Source: Eledone cirrhosa (taxonomy: Eukaryota). Taken from it: DNA of 64,000 nucleotides. Positions 1 through 16,252 of this stretch are shown here, piece by piece. Both the position numbers and the translations under genes were made by a program. The notes under the pieces were generated by a model that was given only the letters and a program-made list of their open reading frames with translations, did not search any database and had not been told where the DNA came from. Numbering within the stretch: the first letter of the stretch is position 1; every line of letters begins with the position of its first letter. Where the stretch lies: positions 142,290,001 to 142,354,000 of the forward strand of contig OZ024743.1 in assembly GCA_964016885.1 (NCBI GenBank), in the 5' to 3' direction.

Positions 1-3000
1 CACCAAGCCCCAAGCAGCAAGCACCAAACACCAAACACCAAGCACCAAGCACCAAGCACCAAGCACCAAGCACCTAGCACCAAACACCAAACACCAAGCA
101 CCAAGCACCAAACACCAAGCACCAATCACCAAGCACCAAACACCAAGCAGCAAGCACCAAACACAAAATACCAAGCACCAAGCACCAAACACCAAGCACC
201 AAGGACCAAACATCAAACACCAAGCACCAAGCACCAAACACCTAACACCAAGCACCAAGCACCAAGCACCGAACACCAAGCACCAAACACCAAGCACCAA
301 ACACCAAGCACCAAGCACCAAACACCAAGCACCAAACACCAAGCACCAAACACCAAGCACCAGGCACCAAGCACCAAACACCAATCACCATGCACCAAGC
401 ACCAAGCCCCAAACACTTAACACCAAGCACCAAGCACCAAACACCAAGCACCAAAAACCAAACACCAAGCACCAACTACTAAACACCAAGCACCAAGCAC
501 CAAACACCAAGCACCAAGCACCAATCACCAAACACCAAGAACCAAGCACCAAACACCAAGCACCAGGGACCAAGCACCAGGCACCAAGCACCAAGCACCA
601 AACACAAAACACCAAGCACCAAGCACCAAGCAGCAAACACCAAGCATCAAACACCAAACACCAAACACCAAGCGCCAAACACCAAGCACCAAGCACCAAA
701 CACTAAACACCAAGCACCAAGCACCAAGCACCAAACACCAAACACCAAGCACCAAACACCAAACACCAAGCACTAAGCACCAAACACCAAACAACAAGCA
801 CCAGGCACCAAGCACCAAACACCAAACACTAAGCACGCAGCATCAAACACCAAGCACCAAGCACCAAGCACCAAACACCAAGTACCAAGCCCCAAGCACC
901 AAGCACCAAACACCAAACACCAAGCACCAAACACCAGCCACCAAGCACCAAGCACCAAACACCAAACACCAAGCACTAAGCACCAAACACCAAACAACAA
1001 GCACCAGGCACCAAGCACCAAACACCAAACACCAAGCACGCATCACCAAGCACCAAGCACCAAGCACCAAGCACCAAACACCAAGCACCAAGCACCAAGC
1101 ACCAAACACCAAGCACCAAGCACCAAACACCAAGCACCAAACACCAAGCACCAAACACCAAGCACCAAACACCAAGTCCCACGCACCAAGCACCAAACAC
1201 CAAACACCAAGCACCAAGCACCAAATACCAAGCACCAAGCACCAAGCCCCTAGCACCAAACACCAAACACCAAGCAAAAAGCACAAAACACCAAGCACCA
1301 ATCACCAAGCACCAAACACCAAGCAGCAAGCAGCAAGCACCAAACACGAACGACCAAGCACCAAGCACCAAATACCAAACACCAAGCACCAAGGACCAAA
1401 CATCAAACACCAAGCACCAAGCACCAAACGCCTAACACAAAGCACCAAGCACCAAGCACCAAGCACCAAACACCAAGCACCAATCACCAAACACCAAGCA
1501 CCAAGCACCAAACACCAAGCACCAGGCACCAAGCACCAAACACCAAGCACCAAGCACCAAACACCAGGCACCAAACACAAAGCACCAAGCACCAAACACC
1601 AAACCCCAAGCACCAAACACCAAACCTCAAGCACCAAGCACAAAACACTAATCACCAAGCACCAAGCACCAAACAACAAGCACCAAGCACCAAGCACCAG
1701 GTAGCATGCACCAAGCACCAAACACTAATCACCAAGCACCAAGCACCAAGCACCAAACACCAAGCACCAAGCACCAAGCACCAAACACCAAGCACCAAGC
1801 ACCAAACACCAAACACCAAGCACCAAAGACCAAGCACCAAGCACCAAGCACGAAGCACCAAACAATAAGCACCAAGCACCAAGCACCAAACACCAAGCAC
1901 CAAGCACCAAACACCAACCACCCAGCACCAAGCACCAAGCACCAAACACCAAGCACCAAACACCAAACACCAAACACCAAGCACCAAGCACCAAACACCA
2001 AGCACCAAGCACTAAGCCCCAAACACCAAGCCCCAAGCACCAAGCACCAAACACCAAACACCAAGCACCAAGCACCAAACACCAAGCACCAAGCACCAAG
2101 CACCTAGTACCAAACACCAAACACCAAGCACCAAGCACCAAACACCAAGCACCAAGGACCAAACATCAAACACCAAGCACCAAGCACCAAATACCTAACA
2201 CCAAGCACCAAGCACCAAGCACCGAACACCAAGCACATAACACCAAGCACCAAACACAAAGCACCAAGCACCAAACACGAAGCACCAAACACCAAGCACC
2301 AAGCACCAAGCACCAAACACCAAGCACCAGGCACCAAGCACCAAACACCAAGCACCATGCACCAAGCACCAAGCCCCAAACACTTAACACCAAGCACCAA
2401 GCACCAAGCACCAAACACCAATCACCAAAAATCAAACACCAAGCACCAAGTACCAAACACCAAGCACCAAGCACCAAACACCAAGCATCAAGCAGCAATC
2501 ACCAAACACCAAGAACCAAGCACCAAACACCAAGCACCAAGCACCAAGCACCAGGCACCAAGCACCAAGCACCAAACACAAAACACCAAGCACCAAGCAC
2601 CAAGCACTAAACAGCAAGCACCAAACACCAAACACCAAACAGCAAACACCAAACACCAAACACCAAGCACCAAGCACCAAACACCCAGCACCAAGCACCA
2701 AGCATCAAACACCAAGCACCAAACACCAAAAGCAAACAGCAAATGCCAAACACCAAGCACCAAGCACCAAGCACCAAACACCAAGCACCAAGCACCAAGC
2801 ACAAAACACCAAACACCAAGCACCAAACACCAAGCACCAAACACCAAGCATCAAACACCAAACACCAAGCAACAAGCACCAAGCACCAAACACCAAGCAC
2901 CAAACACCAAGCACCAAACACGAAGTCCCACGCACCAAGCAGCTAACACCAAGCACCAAGCCCCAAGCACCAAACACCAAGCACCAAGCACCAAGCCCCT

Positions 3001-6000
3001 AGCACCAAACACCAGACACCAAGCACCAAGCACAAAACACCAAGCACCAATCACCAAGCACCAAACACCAAGCAGCAAGCAGCAAGGACCAAACACCAAA
3101 CACCAAGCACCAAGCACCAAATACCAAACACCAAGCACCAAGGACCAAACATCAAAAACCAAGCACCAAGCACCAAACGCCTAACACCAAGCACCAAGCA
3201 CCAAGCACCAAGCACCAAACACCAAGCACCAATCACCAAACACCTAGCACCAAGCACCAAACACCAAGCACCAGGCACCAAGCACCAAACACCAAGCACC
3301 AAGCACCAAACACCAAGCACCAAGACCGAAGCACCAAACACCAAGCACCAAGCACAAAGCATCAAGCACCAAGCACCAAAAACCAAACACCAAGCACCAA
3401 GTACCAAACACCAAGCACCAAGCACCAAACACCAAGCACATTACACAAAGCACCAAACACCAAGCACCAAGTACCAAACACCAAGCACCAAACACCAAGC
3501 ACCAAGAACCAAGCAGCAAACACCAAGCACCAGGCACCAAGCACCAAACACCAAGCACCATGCACCAAGCACCAAGCCCCAAACACTTAACACCAAGCAC
3601 CAAGCACCAAACACCCATCACCAAAAACCAAACACAAAGCACCAAGTACCAAACACCAAGCACCAAGCACCAGGCACCAAGCACCAAGCACCAAACACAA
3701 AACACCAAGCACCAAGCACCAAGCAGCAAACACCAAGCATCAAACACCAAACACCAAACACCAAGCACCAAACACCAGGCACCAAGCACCAAACACCAAA
3801 CACCAAGCACCAAGCACCAAGCACCAAACACCAAACACCAAGCACCAAACACCAGATACCAAGCACCAAGCACCAAACACCAAACACCAAGCACCAAGCA
3901 CCAAACACCAAACAACAAGCACCAGGCACCAAGCACCAAACACCAAACACCAAGCACCAAGGAGCAAACACCAAGCACCAAGCATGCAGCATCAAACACC
4001 AAGCACCAAGCACCAAGCACCAAACACCAAGCACCAAGCACCAAACACCAACCACCAAACACAAAGCACCAAGCACCAAACACCAAGTACCAAGCACCAA
4101 ACACCAAGCACCAAGCACCAAACACCAAACCACAAGCACCAAACACCAAACCCCAAGCACCAAGCACCAAACACTAATCACCAAGCACCAAGCACCAAAC
4201 AACAAGCACCAAGCACCAAGCACCAGGCACCAAGCACCAAGTACCAAACACTAATCACCAAGCACCAAGCACCAAGCACCAAACACCAAGCACCAAGCAC
4301 CAAGCACCAAACACCAAGCACCAAGCACCAAACACAAAACACGAAGATCCAAAGACCAAGCACCAAGCACCAAGCACCAAGCACCAAACAATAAGCACCA
4401 AGCACCAAACACCAAGTACAAAGCACCAAACACCAACCACCCAGCACCAAGCACCAAGCACCAAACACCAAGCACCAAACACCAAACACCAAGCACCAAG
4501 CACCAAGCGCCAAGCACCAAACACCAAGCACCTAGCACTAAGCACCAAACACAAAGCCCCAAGCAGCAAGCACCAAACACCAAACACCAAGCACCAAGCA
4601 CCAAGCACCAAGCACCAAGCACTTAGCACCAAACACCAAACACCAAGCACCAAGCACCAAACACCAAACACCAAACACCAAGCACCAAGCACCAAACACC
4701 AAGCACCAAGGACCAAACATCAAACACCAAGCACCAAGCACCTAACACCAAGCACCAAGCACCAAGCACCGAACACCAAGCACCAAACACCAAGCACCAA
4801 ACACCAAGCACCAAGCACCAAACACCAAGCACCAAACACCAAGCACCAAGCACCAAGCACCAAACACCAAGCACCAGGCACCAAGCACCAAACACCAAGT
4901 ACCATGCACCAAGCACCAATCCCCAAACACTTAACACCAAGCACCAAGCACCAAACACCAAGCACCAAAAACCAAACACCAAGCACCAACTACTAATCAC
5001 CAAGCACCAAGCACCAAACACCAAGCACCAAGCACCAATCACCAAACGCCAAGAACCAAGCACCAAACACCAAGCACCAAGGACCAAGCACCAGGCACCA
5101 AGCACCAGGCACCAAGCACCAAGCACCAAACACGAAACACCAAGCACCAAGCACCAAGCAGCAAACACCAAGAATCAAACACCAAACACCAAACACCAAG
5201 CACCAAACACCAAGCACCAAACACCAAACACCAAACACCAAGCACCAAGCACCAAGCACCAAACACCAAACACCAAGCACCAAACACCAAACACCAAGCA
5301 CCAAGCACCAAACACCAAACAACAAGCACCAGGTACCAAGCACCAAACACCAAACACCAAGCACCAAACACCAGCCACCTAGCACCAAGCACCAAACACC
5401 AAACACCAAGCACTAAGCACCAAACACCAAACAACAAGCACCAGGCACCAAGCACCAAACACCAAACACCAAGCACGCATCACCAAGCACCAAGCACCAA
5501 ACACCAAGCACCAAACATCAAGCACCAAGCACCAAGCACCAAACACCAAACACCAAACACCAAGCACCAAGAACCAAACACCAAACAGCAAGCACCAAGC
5601 ACCAAACACCAAGCACCAAACACCAAACCCCAAGCACCAATCACCAAACACTAATCACCAAGCACCAAGCACCAAACACCGAGCACCAAGCACCAAGCAC
5701 CAAACACCAAGCACCAAACACCAAGCACCAAGCACCAAACACCAAACCCCAAGCACCAAAGACCAAGCACCAAGCACCAAGTACCAAACACCAAGCACCA
5801 AGCACCAAACACCAAGCACATTACACAAAGCACCAAACACCAAGCACCAAGTACCAAACACCAAGCACCAAACACCAAGCACCAAGAACCAAGCAGCAAA
5901 CACCAAGCACCAAACACCAAGCACCATGCACCAAGCACCAAGCCCCAAACACTTAACACCAAGCACCAAGCACCAAACACCAATCACCAAAAACCAAACA

Positions 6001-9000
6001 CCAAGCACCAAGTACGAAACACCAAGCACCAAGCACCAAACACCAAGCACCAAGCACCAATCACCAAACACCAAGAACCAAGCACCAAACACCAAGCACC
6101 AAGCACCAAGCACCAGGCACCAAGCACCAAGCACCAAACACAAAACACCAAGCACCAAGCATCAAGCAGCAAACACCAAGCATCAAACACCAAACACCAA
6201 ACACCAAGCACCAAACACCAAGCACCAAGCACCAAACACCAAACACCAAGCACCAAGCACTAAGCACCAAACACCAAACACCAAGGACCAAACACCAGAT
6301 ACCAAGCACCAAGCACCAAACACCAAACACCAAGAACCAAGCACCAAACACCAAACAACAAGCACCAGGCACCAAGCACCAAACACCAAACACCAAGCAC
6401 CAAGCACCAAGCACCAAGCACCAAGCATGCAGCATCAAACAACAAGCACCAAGCACCAAGCACCAAACACCAAGCACCAAGCACCAAACACCAACCACCA
6501 AACACAAAGCACCAAGCACCAAACAACAAGTACCAAGCACCAAACACCAAGCACCAACCACCAAACACCAAACCACAAGCACCAAACACCAAACCCCAAG
6601 CACCAAGCACCAAACACTAATCACCAAGCACCAAGCACCAAACAACAAGCACCAAGCACCAAGCACCAGGCACCAAGTACCAAGCACCAAACACTAATCA
6701 CCAAGCACCAAGCACCAAGCAACAAACACCAAGCACCAAGCACCAAGCACCAAACACCAAGCACCAAGCACCAAACACAAAACACCAAGATCCCAAGACC
6801 AAGCACCAAGCACCAATCACCAAGCACCAAACAATAAGCACCAAGCACCAAACACCAATCACCAAGCACCAAACACCAACCACCCAGCACCAAGCACCAA
6901 GCACCAAACACCAAGCACCAAACACCAAACACCAAGCACCAAGCACCAAGCGCCAAGCACCAAACACCAAGCACCTAGCACTAAGCACCAAACACCAAGC
7001 CCCCAAGCAGCATCACCAAACACCAAACACCAAGCACCAAGCACCAAGCACCAAGCACCAAGCACCTAGCACCAAACACCAAACATCAAGCACCAAGCAC
7101 CAAACACCAAGCACCAATCACCAAGCACCAAACACCAAGCAGCAAGCACCAAGCACCAAACACAAAACACCAAGCACCAAGCACCAAGCAGCAAACACCA
7201 AGCATCAAACACCAAACACCAAACACCAAGCACCAAACACCAAGCACCAAGCACCAAACACCAAACACCAAGCACCAAGCACCAAGCACCAAACACCAAA
7301 CACCAAGGACCAAACACCAGATACCAAGCACCATGCACCAAACACCAAACACCAAGCACCAAGCACCAAACACCAAACAACAAGCACCAGGCACCAAGCA
7401 CCAAACACCAAACACCAAGCACCAAGCACCAAGCACCAAGCACCAAGCATGCAGCATCAAACAACAAGCACCAAGCACCAAGCACCAAACACCAAGCACC
7501 AAGCACTAAACAGCAAGCACCAAACACCAAACACCAAACAGCAAACACCAAACAGCAAACACCAAACACCAAACAGCAAACAGCAAACGCCAAACACCAA
7601 GCACCAAGCACCAAGCACCAAACAACAAGCACCAAGCACCAAGCACAAAACACCAAACACCAAGCACCAAGCACCAAGCACCAAACACCAAGCACCAAAC
7701 ACCAAGCACCAAGCACCAAGCACCAAACACCAAGCACCAAGCACCAAGCACCAAACAATAAGAACCAAGCACCAAGCACCAAACACCAAGCACCAAGCAC
7801 CAAACACCAACCACCCAGCACCAAGCACCAAGCACCAAACACCAAGCACCAAACACCAAACACCAAACACCAAGCACCAAGCAACAAGCACCAAACACCA
7901 AGCACCAAGCACCAAGCACCTAGCACCAAACACCAAACACCAAGCACCAAGCACCAAACACCAAGCACCAATCACCAAGCACCAAACTCCAAGCAGCAAG
8001 CAGCAAGCACCAAACACCAAACACCAAGCACCAAGCACCAAACACCAAGCACCAAGCACCAAGCACCAAACACCAAGCACCAAGCACCAAGCACAAAACA
8101 CCAAACACCAAGCACCAAGCACCAAGCACCAAGCACCAAACACCAAGCACCAAACACCAAGCACCAAACACCAAGCACCAAACACCAAACACTAAACACC
8201 AAGCACCAAGCACCAAACACCAAGCACCAAACACCAAGCACCAAACACCAAGTCCCACGCACCAAGCAGCAAACACCAAGCACCAAGCCCCAAGCACCAA
8301 ACACCAAGCACCAAGCACCAAGCCCCTAGCACCAAACACCAAACACCAAGCACCAAGAACAAAACACCAAGCACCAATCACCAAGCACCAAACACCAAGC
8401 AGCAAGCAGCAAGCACCACACACCAAACACCAAGCACCAAGCACCAAATACCAAACACCAAGCACCAAGGACCAAACATCAAACACCAAGCACCAAGCAC
8501 CAAATGCCTAACACCAAGCACCAAGCACCAAGCACCAAGCACCAAACACCAAGCACCAATCACCAAACACCAAGCACCAAGCACCAAACACCAAGCACCA
8601 GGCACCAAGCACCAAACACCAAGCACCAAGCACCAAACACCAAGCACCAAGACCGAAGCACCAAACACCAAGCACCAAGCACAAACACCAAGCACCAAGC
8701 ACCAAAAACCAAACAACAAGCACCAAGTACCAAACACCAAGCACCAAGCACCAAACACCAAGCACCAAGAACCAATCACCAAACACCAAGAACCAAGCAC
8801 CAAACACCAAGCACCAAGCACCAAGCACCAGGCACCAAGCACCAAGCACCAAACACAAAACACCAAGCACCAAGCACCAAGCAGCAAACACCAAGCATCA
8901 AACACCAAACACCAAACACCAAGCACCAAACACCAAGCACTAAGCACCAAACACCAAACACCAAGCACCAAGCACCAAGCACTAAACACCAAACACCAAG

Positions 9001-9448
9001 CACCAAACACCAGATACCAAGCACGCAGCATCAAACACCAAGCACCAAGCACCAAGCACCAAACACCAAGCACCAAGCACCAAACACCAACCACCAAACA
9101 CAAAGCACCAAGCACCAAACACCAAGCACCAAGCACCAAACACCAAGCACCAAGCACCAAACACCAAACCCCAAGCTCCAAGCAGCAAACACTAATCACC
9201 AAGCACCAAGCACCAAACACCAAGCACCAAGCACCAAGCACCAAACACCAAGCACCAAGCACCAAACACCAAACAACAAGATCCAAAGACCAAGCACCAA
9301 GCTCCAAGCACCAAGCACCAAAAAATAAGCACCAAGCACCAAACACCAAGCACGAAGCACCAAACACCAACCACCCATCACCAAGCACCAAGCACCAAAC
9401 ACCAAGCACCAAACACCAAGCACCAAGCACCAAGCACCAAACAACAAG

Positions 9449-9710
9449 CACCAGGCACCAAGCAGCAAGCACCAAACAGCAAGCACCAAGCACCAAGCAC
9501 CAAGCACCAAACACCAAACACCAAGCACGCAGCACCAAACACCAAGCACCAAGCACCAAACACCAAGCACTAAGCACCAAGCACCAAGCACCAGGCACCA
9601 AGCAGCAAGCACCAAACAGCAAGCACCAAGCACCAAGCACCAAGCACCAAACACCAAACACCAAGCACGCAGCACCAAACACCAAGCACCAAGCACCAAG
9701 CACCAAACAC
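9449..9710. repeat. Local 140-bp (20-monomer) tandem duplication
   Basis: The string ccaggcaccaagcagcaagcaccaaacagcaag...cacgcag starts at 9451 and again at 9591. Confidence 0.8.
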
Positions 9711-10099
9711 CAAGCACCAAGCACCAAGCACCAAACACCAAACACCAAACACCAAGCACCAAGAACCAAACACCAAACACCAAACAGCAAGCACCAAGCA
9801 CCAAACACCAAGCACCAATCACCAAACACTAATCACCAAGCACCAAGCACCAAACACCAAGCACCAAGCAGCAAGCACCAAACACCAAGCACCAAGCACC
9901 AAGCACCAAGCACCAAACACCAAGCACCAAGCACCAAACACCAAACCCCAAGCACCAAAGACCAAGCACCAAGCACCAAGGACCAAACACCAAGCACCAA
10001 GCACCAAGCACCAAACACCTAGCACCAAGCACCAAAAACCCAGCACCAAGCACCAAGCAACAAACACCAAGCACCAAGCACCAAACACCAGACACCAAA

Positions 10100-10267
10100 C
10101 ACCAAGCACCAAGCACCAAACAGCAAGCACCAAACACCAAGCACCAAACACCAAGCACCAAGGACCAAACATCAAACACCAAGCACCAAGCACCAAACAG
10201 CAAGCACCAAACACCAAGCACCAAACACCAAGCACCAAGGACCAAACATCAAACACCAAGCACCAAG
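10100..10267. repeat. Local 77-bp (11-monomer) tandem duplication
   Basis: cagcaag...gaccaaa catcaaa starts at 10121 and again at 10198. Confidence 0.8.
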
Positions 10268-13200
10268 CACGTAACGCCTAACACCAAGCACCAAGCACCA
10301 AGCACCAAGCACCAAACACCAAGCACCAATCACCAAACACCAAGCACCAAGCACCAAACACCAAGCACCAGGCACCAAGCACCAAACACCAAGCACCAAG
10401 CAACAAGCACCAAACACCAAGCACCAAACACCAAACACCAAGCACCAAACACCAAGCACCAAGCACTAAGCACCAAACACCAAGCCCCAAGCAGCAAGCA
10501 CCAAACACCAAACACCAAGCACCAAGCACCAAGCACCAAGCACCAAGCACCTAGCACCAAACACCAAACACCAAGCACCAAGCACCAAACACCAAGCACC
10601 AATCACCAAGCACCAAACACCAAGCAGCAAGCACCAAACACAAAACACCAAGCACCAAGCACCAAACACCAAGCACCAAGGACCAAACATCAAACACCAA
10701 GCACCAAGCACCAAACACCTAACACCAAGCACCAAGCACCAAGCACCGAACACCAAGCACCAAACACCAAGCACCAAACACCAAGCACCAAGCACCAAAC
10801 ACCAAGCACCAAACACCAAGCACCAAACACCAAGCACCAGGCACCAAGCACCAAACACCAATCACCATGCACCAAGCACCAAGCCCCAAACACTTAACAC
10901 CAAGCACCAAGCACCAAACACCAAGCACCAAAAACCAAACACCAAGCACCAACTACTAAACACCAAGCACCAAGCACCAAACACCAAGCACCAAGCACCA
11001 ATCACCAAACACCAAGAACCAAGCACCAAACACCAAGCACCAGGGACCAAGCACCAGGCACCAAGCACCAAGCACCAAACACAAAACACCAAGCACCAAG
11101 CACCAAGCAGCAAACACCAAGCATCAAACACCAAACACCAAACACCAAGCGCCAAACACCAAGCACCAAGCACCAAACACTAAACACCAAGCACCAAGCA
11201 CCAAGCACCAAACACCAAACACCAAGCACCAAACACCAAACACCAAGCACCAAGCACCAAACACCAAACAACAAGCACCAGGCACCAAGCACCAAACACC
11301 AAACACTAAGCACGCAGCATCAAACACCAAGCACCAAGCACCAAGCACCAAACACCAAGTACCAAGCCCCAAGCACCAAGCACCAAACACCAAACACCAA
11401 GCACCAAACACCAGCCACCAAGCACCAAGCACCAAACACCAAACACCAAGCACTAAGCACCAAACACCAAACAACAAGCACCAGGCACCAAGCACCAAAC
11501 ACCAAACACCAAGCACGCATCACCAAGCACCAAGCACCAAGCACCAAGCACCAAACACCAAGCACCAAGCACCAAGCACCAAACACCAAGCACCAAGCAC
11601 CAAACACCAAGCACCAAACACCAAGCACCAAACACCAAGCACCAAACACCAAGTCCCACGCACCAAGCACCAAACACCAAACACCAAGCACCAAGCACCA
11701 AATACCAAGCACCAAGCACCAAGCCCCTAGCACCAAACACCAAACACCAAGCAAAAAGCACAAAACACCAAGCACCAATCACCAAGCACCAAATACCAAA
11801 CACCAAGCACCAAGGACCAAACATCAAACACCAAGCACCAAGCACCAAACGCCTAACACAAAGCACCAAGCACCAAGCACCAAGCACCAAACACCAAGCA
11901 CCAATCACCAAACACCAAGCACCAAGCACCAAACACCAAGCACCAGGCACCAAGCACCAAACACCAAGCACCAAGCACCAAACACCAGGCACCAAACACA
12001 AAGCACCAAGCACCAAACACCAAACCCCAAGCACCAAACACCAAACCTCAAGCACCAAGCACAAAACACTAATCACCAAGCACCAAGCACCAAACAACAA
12101 GCACCAAGCACCAAGCACCAGGTACCATGCACCAAGCACCAAACACTAATCACCAAGCACCAAGCACCAAGCACCAAACACCAAGCACCAAGCACCAAGC
12201 ACCAAACACCAAGCACCAAGCACCAAACACCAAACACCAAGCACCAAAGACCAAGCACCAAGCACCAAGCACGAAGCACCAAACAATAAGCACCAAGCAC
12301 CAAGCACCAAACACCAAGCACCAAGCACCAAACACCAACCACCCAGCACCAAGCACCAAGCACCAAACACCAAGCACCAAACACCAAACACCAAACACCA
12401 AGCACCAAGCACCAAACACCAAGCACCAAGCACTAAGCCCCAAACACCAAGCCCCAAGCACCAAGCACCAAACACCAAACACCAAGCACCAAGCACCAAA
12501 CACCAAGCACCAAGCACCAAGCACCTAGTACCAAACACCAAACACCAAGCACCAAGCACCAAACACCAAGCACCAAGGACCAAACATCAAACACCAAGCA
12601 CCAAGCACCAAATACCTAACACCAAGCACCAAGCACCAAGCACCGAACACCAAGCACATAACACCAAGCACCAAACACCAAGCACCAAGCACCAAACACC
12701 AAGCACCAAACACCAAGCACCAAGCACCAAGCACCAAACACCAAGCACCAGGCACCAAGCACCAAACACCAAGCACCATGCACCAAGCACCAAGCCCCAA
12801 ACACTTAACACCAAGCACCAAGCACCAAGCACCAAACACCAATCACCAAAAATCAAACACCAAGCACCAAGTACCAAACACCAAGCACCAAGCACCAAAC
12901 ACCAAGCATCAAGCAGCAATCACCAAACACCAAGAACCAAGCACCAAACACCAAGCACCAAGCACCAAGCACCAGGCACCAAGCACCAAGCACCAAACAC
13001 AAAACACCAAGCACCAAGCACCAAGCACTAAACAGCAAGCACCAAACACCAAACACCAAACAGCAAACACCAAACACCAAACACCAAGCACCAAGCACCA
13101 AACACCTAGCACCAAGCACCAAGCATCAAACACCAAACACCAAGCACCAAACACCAAGCACCAAACACCAAGCATCAAACACCAAACACCAAGCAACAAG

Positions 13201-16200
13201 CACCAAGCACCAAACACCAAGCACCAAACACCAAGCACCAAACACGAAGTCCCACGCACCAAGCAGCTAACACCAAGCACCAAGCCCCAAGCACCAAACA
13301 CCAAGCACCAAGCACCAAGCCCCTAGCACCAAACACCAAACACCAAGCACCAAGCACAAAACACCAAGCACCAATCACCAAGCACCAAACACCAAGCAGC
13401 AAGCAGCAAGGACCAAACACCAAACACCAAGCACCAAGCACCAAATACCAAACACCAAGCACCAAGGACCAAACATCAAAAACCAAGCACCAAGCACCAA
13501 ACGCCTAACACCAAGCACCAAGCACCAAGCACCAAGCACCAAACACCAAGCACCAATCACCAAACACCTAGCACCAAGCACCAAACACCAAGAACCAGGC
13601 ACCAAGCACCAAACACCAAGCACCAAGCACCAAACACCAAGCACCAAGACCGAAGCACCAAACACCAAGCACCAAGCACAAAGCACCAAGCACCAAGCAC
13701 CAAAAACCAAACACCAAGCACCAAGTACCAAACACCAAGCACCAAGCACCAAACACCAAGCACATTACACAAAGCACCAAACACCAAGCACCAAGTACCA
13801 AACACCAAGCACCAAACACCAAGCACCAAGAACCAAGCAGCAAACACCAAGCACCAGGCACCAAGCACCAAACACCAAGCACCATGCACCAAGCACCAAG
13901 CCCCAAACACTTAACACCAAGCACCAAGCACCAAACACCCATCACCAAAAACCAAACACCAAGCACCAAGTACCAAACACCAAGCACCAAGCACCAATCA
14001 CCAAACACCAAGAACCAAGCACCAAACACCAAGCAGCAAGCACCAAGCACCAGGCACCAAGCACCAAGCACCAAACACAAAACACCAAGCACCAAGCACC
14101 AAGCAGCAAACACCAAGCATCAAACACCAAACACCAAACACCAAGCACCAAACGCCAGGCACCAAGCACCAAACACCAAACACCAAGCACCAAGCACCAA
14201 GCACCAAACACCAAACACCAAGCACCAAACACCAGATACCAAGCACCAAGCACCAAACACCAAACACCAAGCACCAAGCACCAAACACCAAACAACAAGC
14301 ACCAGGCACCAAGCACCAAACACCAAACACCAAGCACCAAGCAGCAAACACCAAGCACCAAGCATGCAGCATCAAACACCAAGCACCAAGCACCAAGCAC
14401 CAAACACCAAGCACCAAGCACCAAACACCAACCACCAAACACAAAGCACCAAGCACCAAACACCAAGTACCAAGCACCAAACACCAAGCACCAAGCACCA
14501 AACACCAAACCACAAGCACCAAACACCAAACCCCAAGCACCAAGCACCAAACACTAATCACCAAGCACCAAGCACCAAACAACAAGCACCAAGCACCAAG
14601 CACCAGGCACCAAGCACCAAGTACCAAACACTAATCACCAAGCACCAAGCACCAAGCACAAAACACCAAGCACCAAGCACCAAGCACCAAACACCAAGCA
14701 CCAAGCACCAAACACAAAACACCAAGATCCAAAGACCAAGCACCAAGCACCAAGCACCAAGCACCAAACAATAAGCACCAAGCACCAAACACCAAGTACA
14801 AAGCACCAAACACCAACCACCCAGCACCAAGCACCAAGCACCAAACACCAAGCACCAAACACCAAACACCAAGCACCAAGCACCAAGCGCCAAGCACCAA
14901 ACACCAAGCACCTAGCACTAAGCACCAAACACAAAGCCCCAAGCAGCAAGCACCAAACACCAAACACCAAGCACCAAGCACCAAGCACCAAGCACCAAGC
15001 ACTTAGCACCAAACACCAAACACCAAGCACCAAGCACCAAACACCAAACACCAAACACCAAGCACCAAGCACCAAACACCAAGCACCAAGGACCAAACAT
15101 CAAACACCAAGCACCAAGCACCTAACACCAAGCACCAAGCACCAAGCACCGAACACCAAGCACCAAACACCAAGCACCAAACACCAAGCACCAAGCACCA
15201 AACACCAAGCACCAAACACCAAGCACCAAGCACCAAGCACCAAACACCAAGCACCAGGCACCAAGCACCAAACACCAAGTACCATGCACCAAGCACCAAT
15301 CCCCAAACACTTAACACCAAGCACCAAGCACCAAACACCAAGCACCAAAAACCAAAAACCAAGCACCAACTACTAAACACCAAGCACCAAGCACCAAACA
15401 CCAAGCACCAAGCACCAATCACCAAACGCCAAGAACCAAGCACCAAACACCAAGCACCAAGGACCAAGCACCAGGCACCAAGCACCAGGCACCAAGCACC
15501 AAGCACCAAACACGAAACACCAAGCACCAAGCACCAAGCAGCAAACACCAAGAATCAAACACCAAACACCAAACACCAAGCACCAAACACCAAGCACCAA
15601 ACACCAAACACCAAACACCAAGCACCAAGCACCAAGCACCAAACACCAAACACCAAGCACCAAACACCAAACACCAAGCACCAAGCACCAAACACCAAAC
15701 AACAAGCACCAGGTACCAAGCACCAAACACCAAACACCAAGCACCAAACACCAGCCACCTAGCACCAAGCACCAAACACCAAACACCAAGCACTAAGCAC
15801 CAAACACCAAACAACAAGCACCAGGCACCAAGCACCAAACACCAAACACCAAGCACGCATCACCAAGCACCAAGCACCAAACACCAAGCACCAAACATCA
15901 AGCACCAAGCACCAAGCACCAAACACCAAACACCAAACACCAAGCACCAAGAACCAAACACCAAACAGCAAGCACCAAGCACCAAACACCAAGCACCAAA
16001 CACCAAACCCCAAGCACCAATCACCAAACACTAATCACCAAGCACCAAGCACCAAACACCGAGCACCAAGCAGCAAGCACCAAAGACCAAGCACCAAGCA
16101 CCAAACACCAAGCACCAAACACCAAGCACCAAGCACCAAACACCAAACCCCAAGCACCAAAGACCAAGCACCAAGCACCAAGTACCAAACACCAAGCACC

Positions 16201-16252
16201 AAGCACCAAACACCAAGCACATTACACAAAGCACCAAACACCAAGCACCAAG

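Noticed and set aside
8378-9829. Long - strand hydrophobic ORFs (LGAWCLV)n resembling membrane or Cys/Trp-rich proteins (also 36396..37793, 55856..57193)
   Set aside because: Same artefact on the reverse strand: all three frames are open and equivalent, and stops come from scattered variant monomers.
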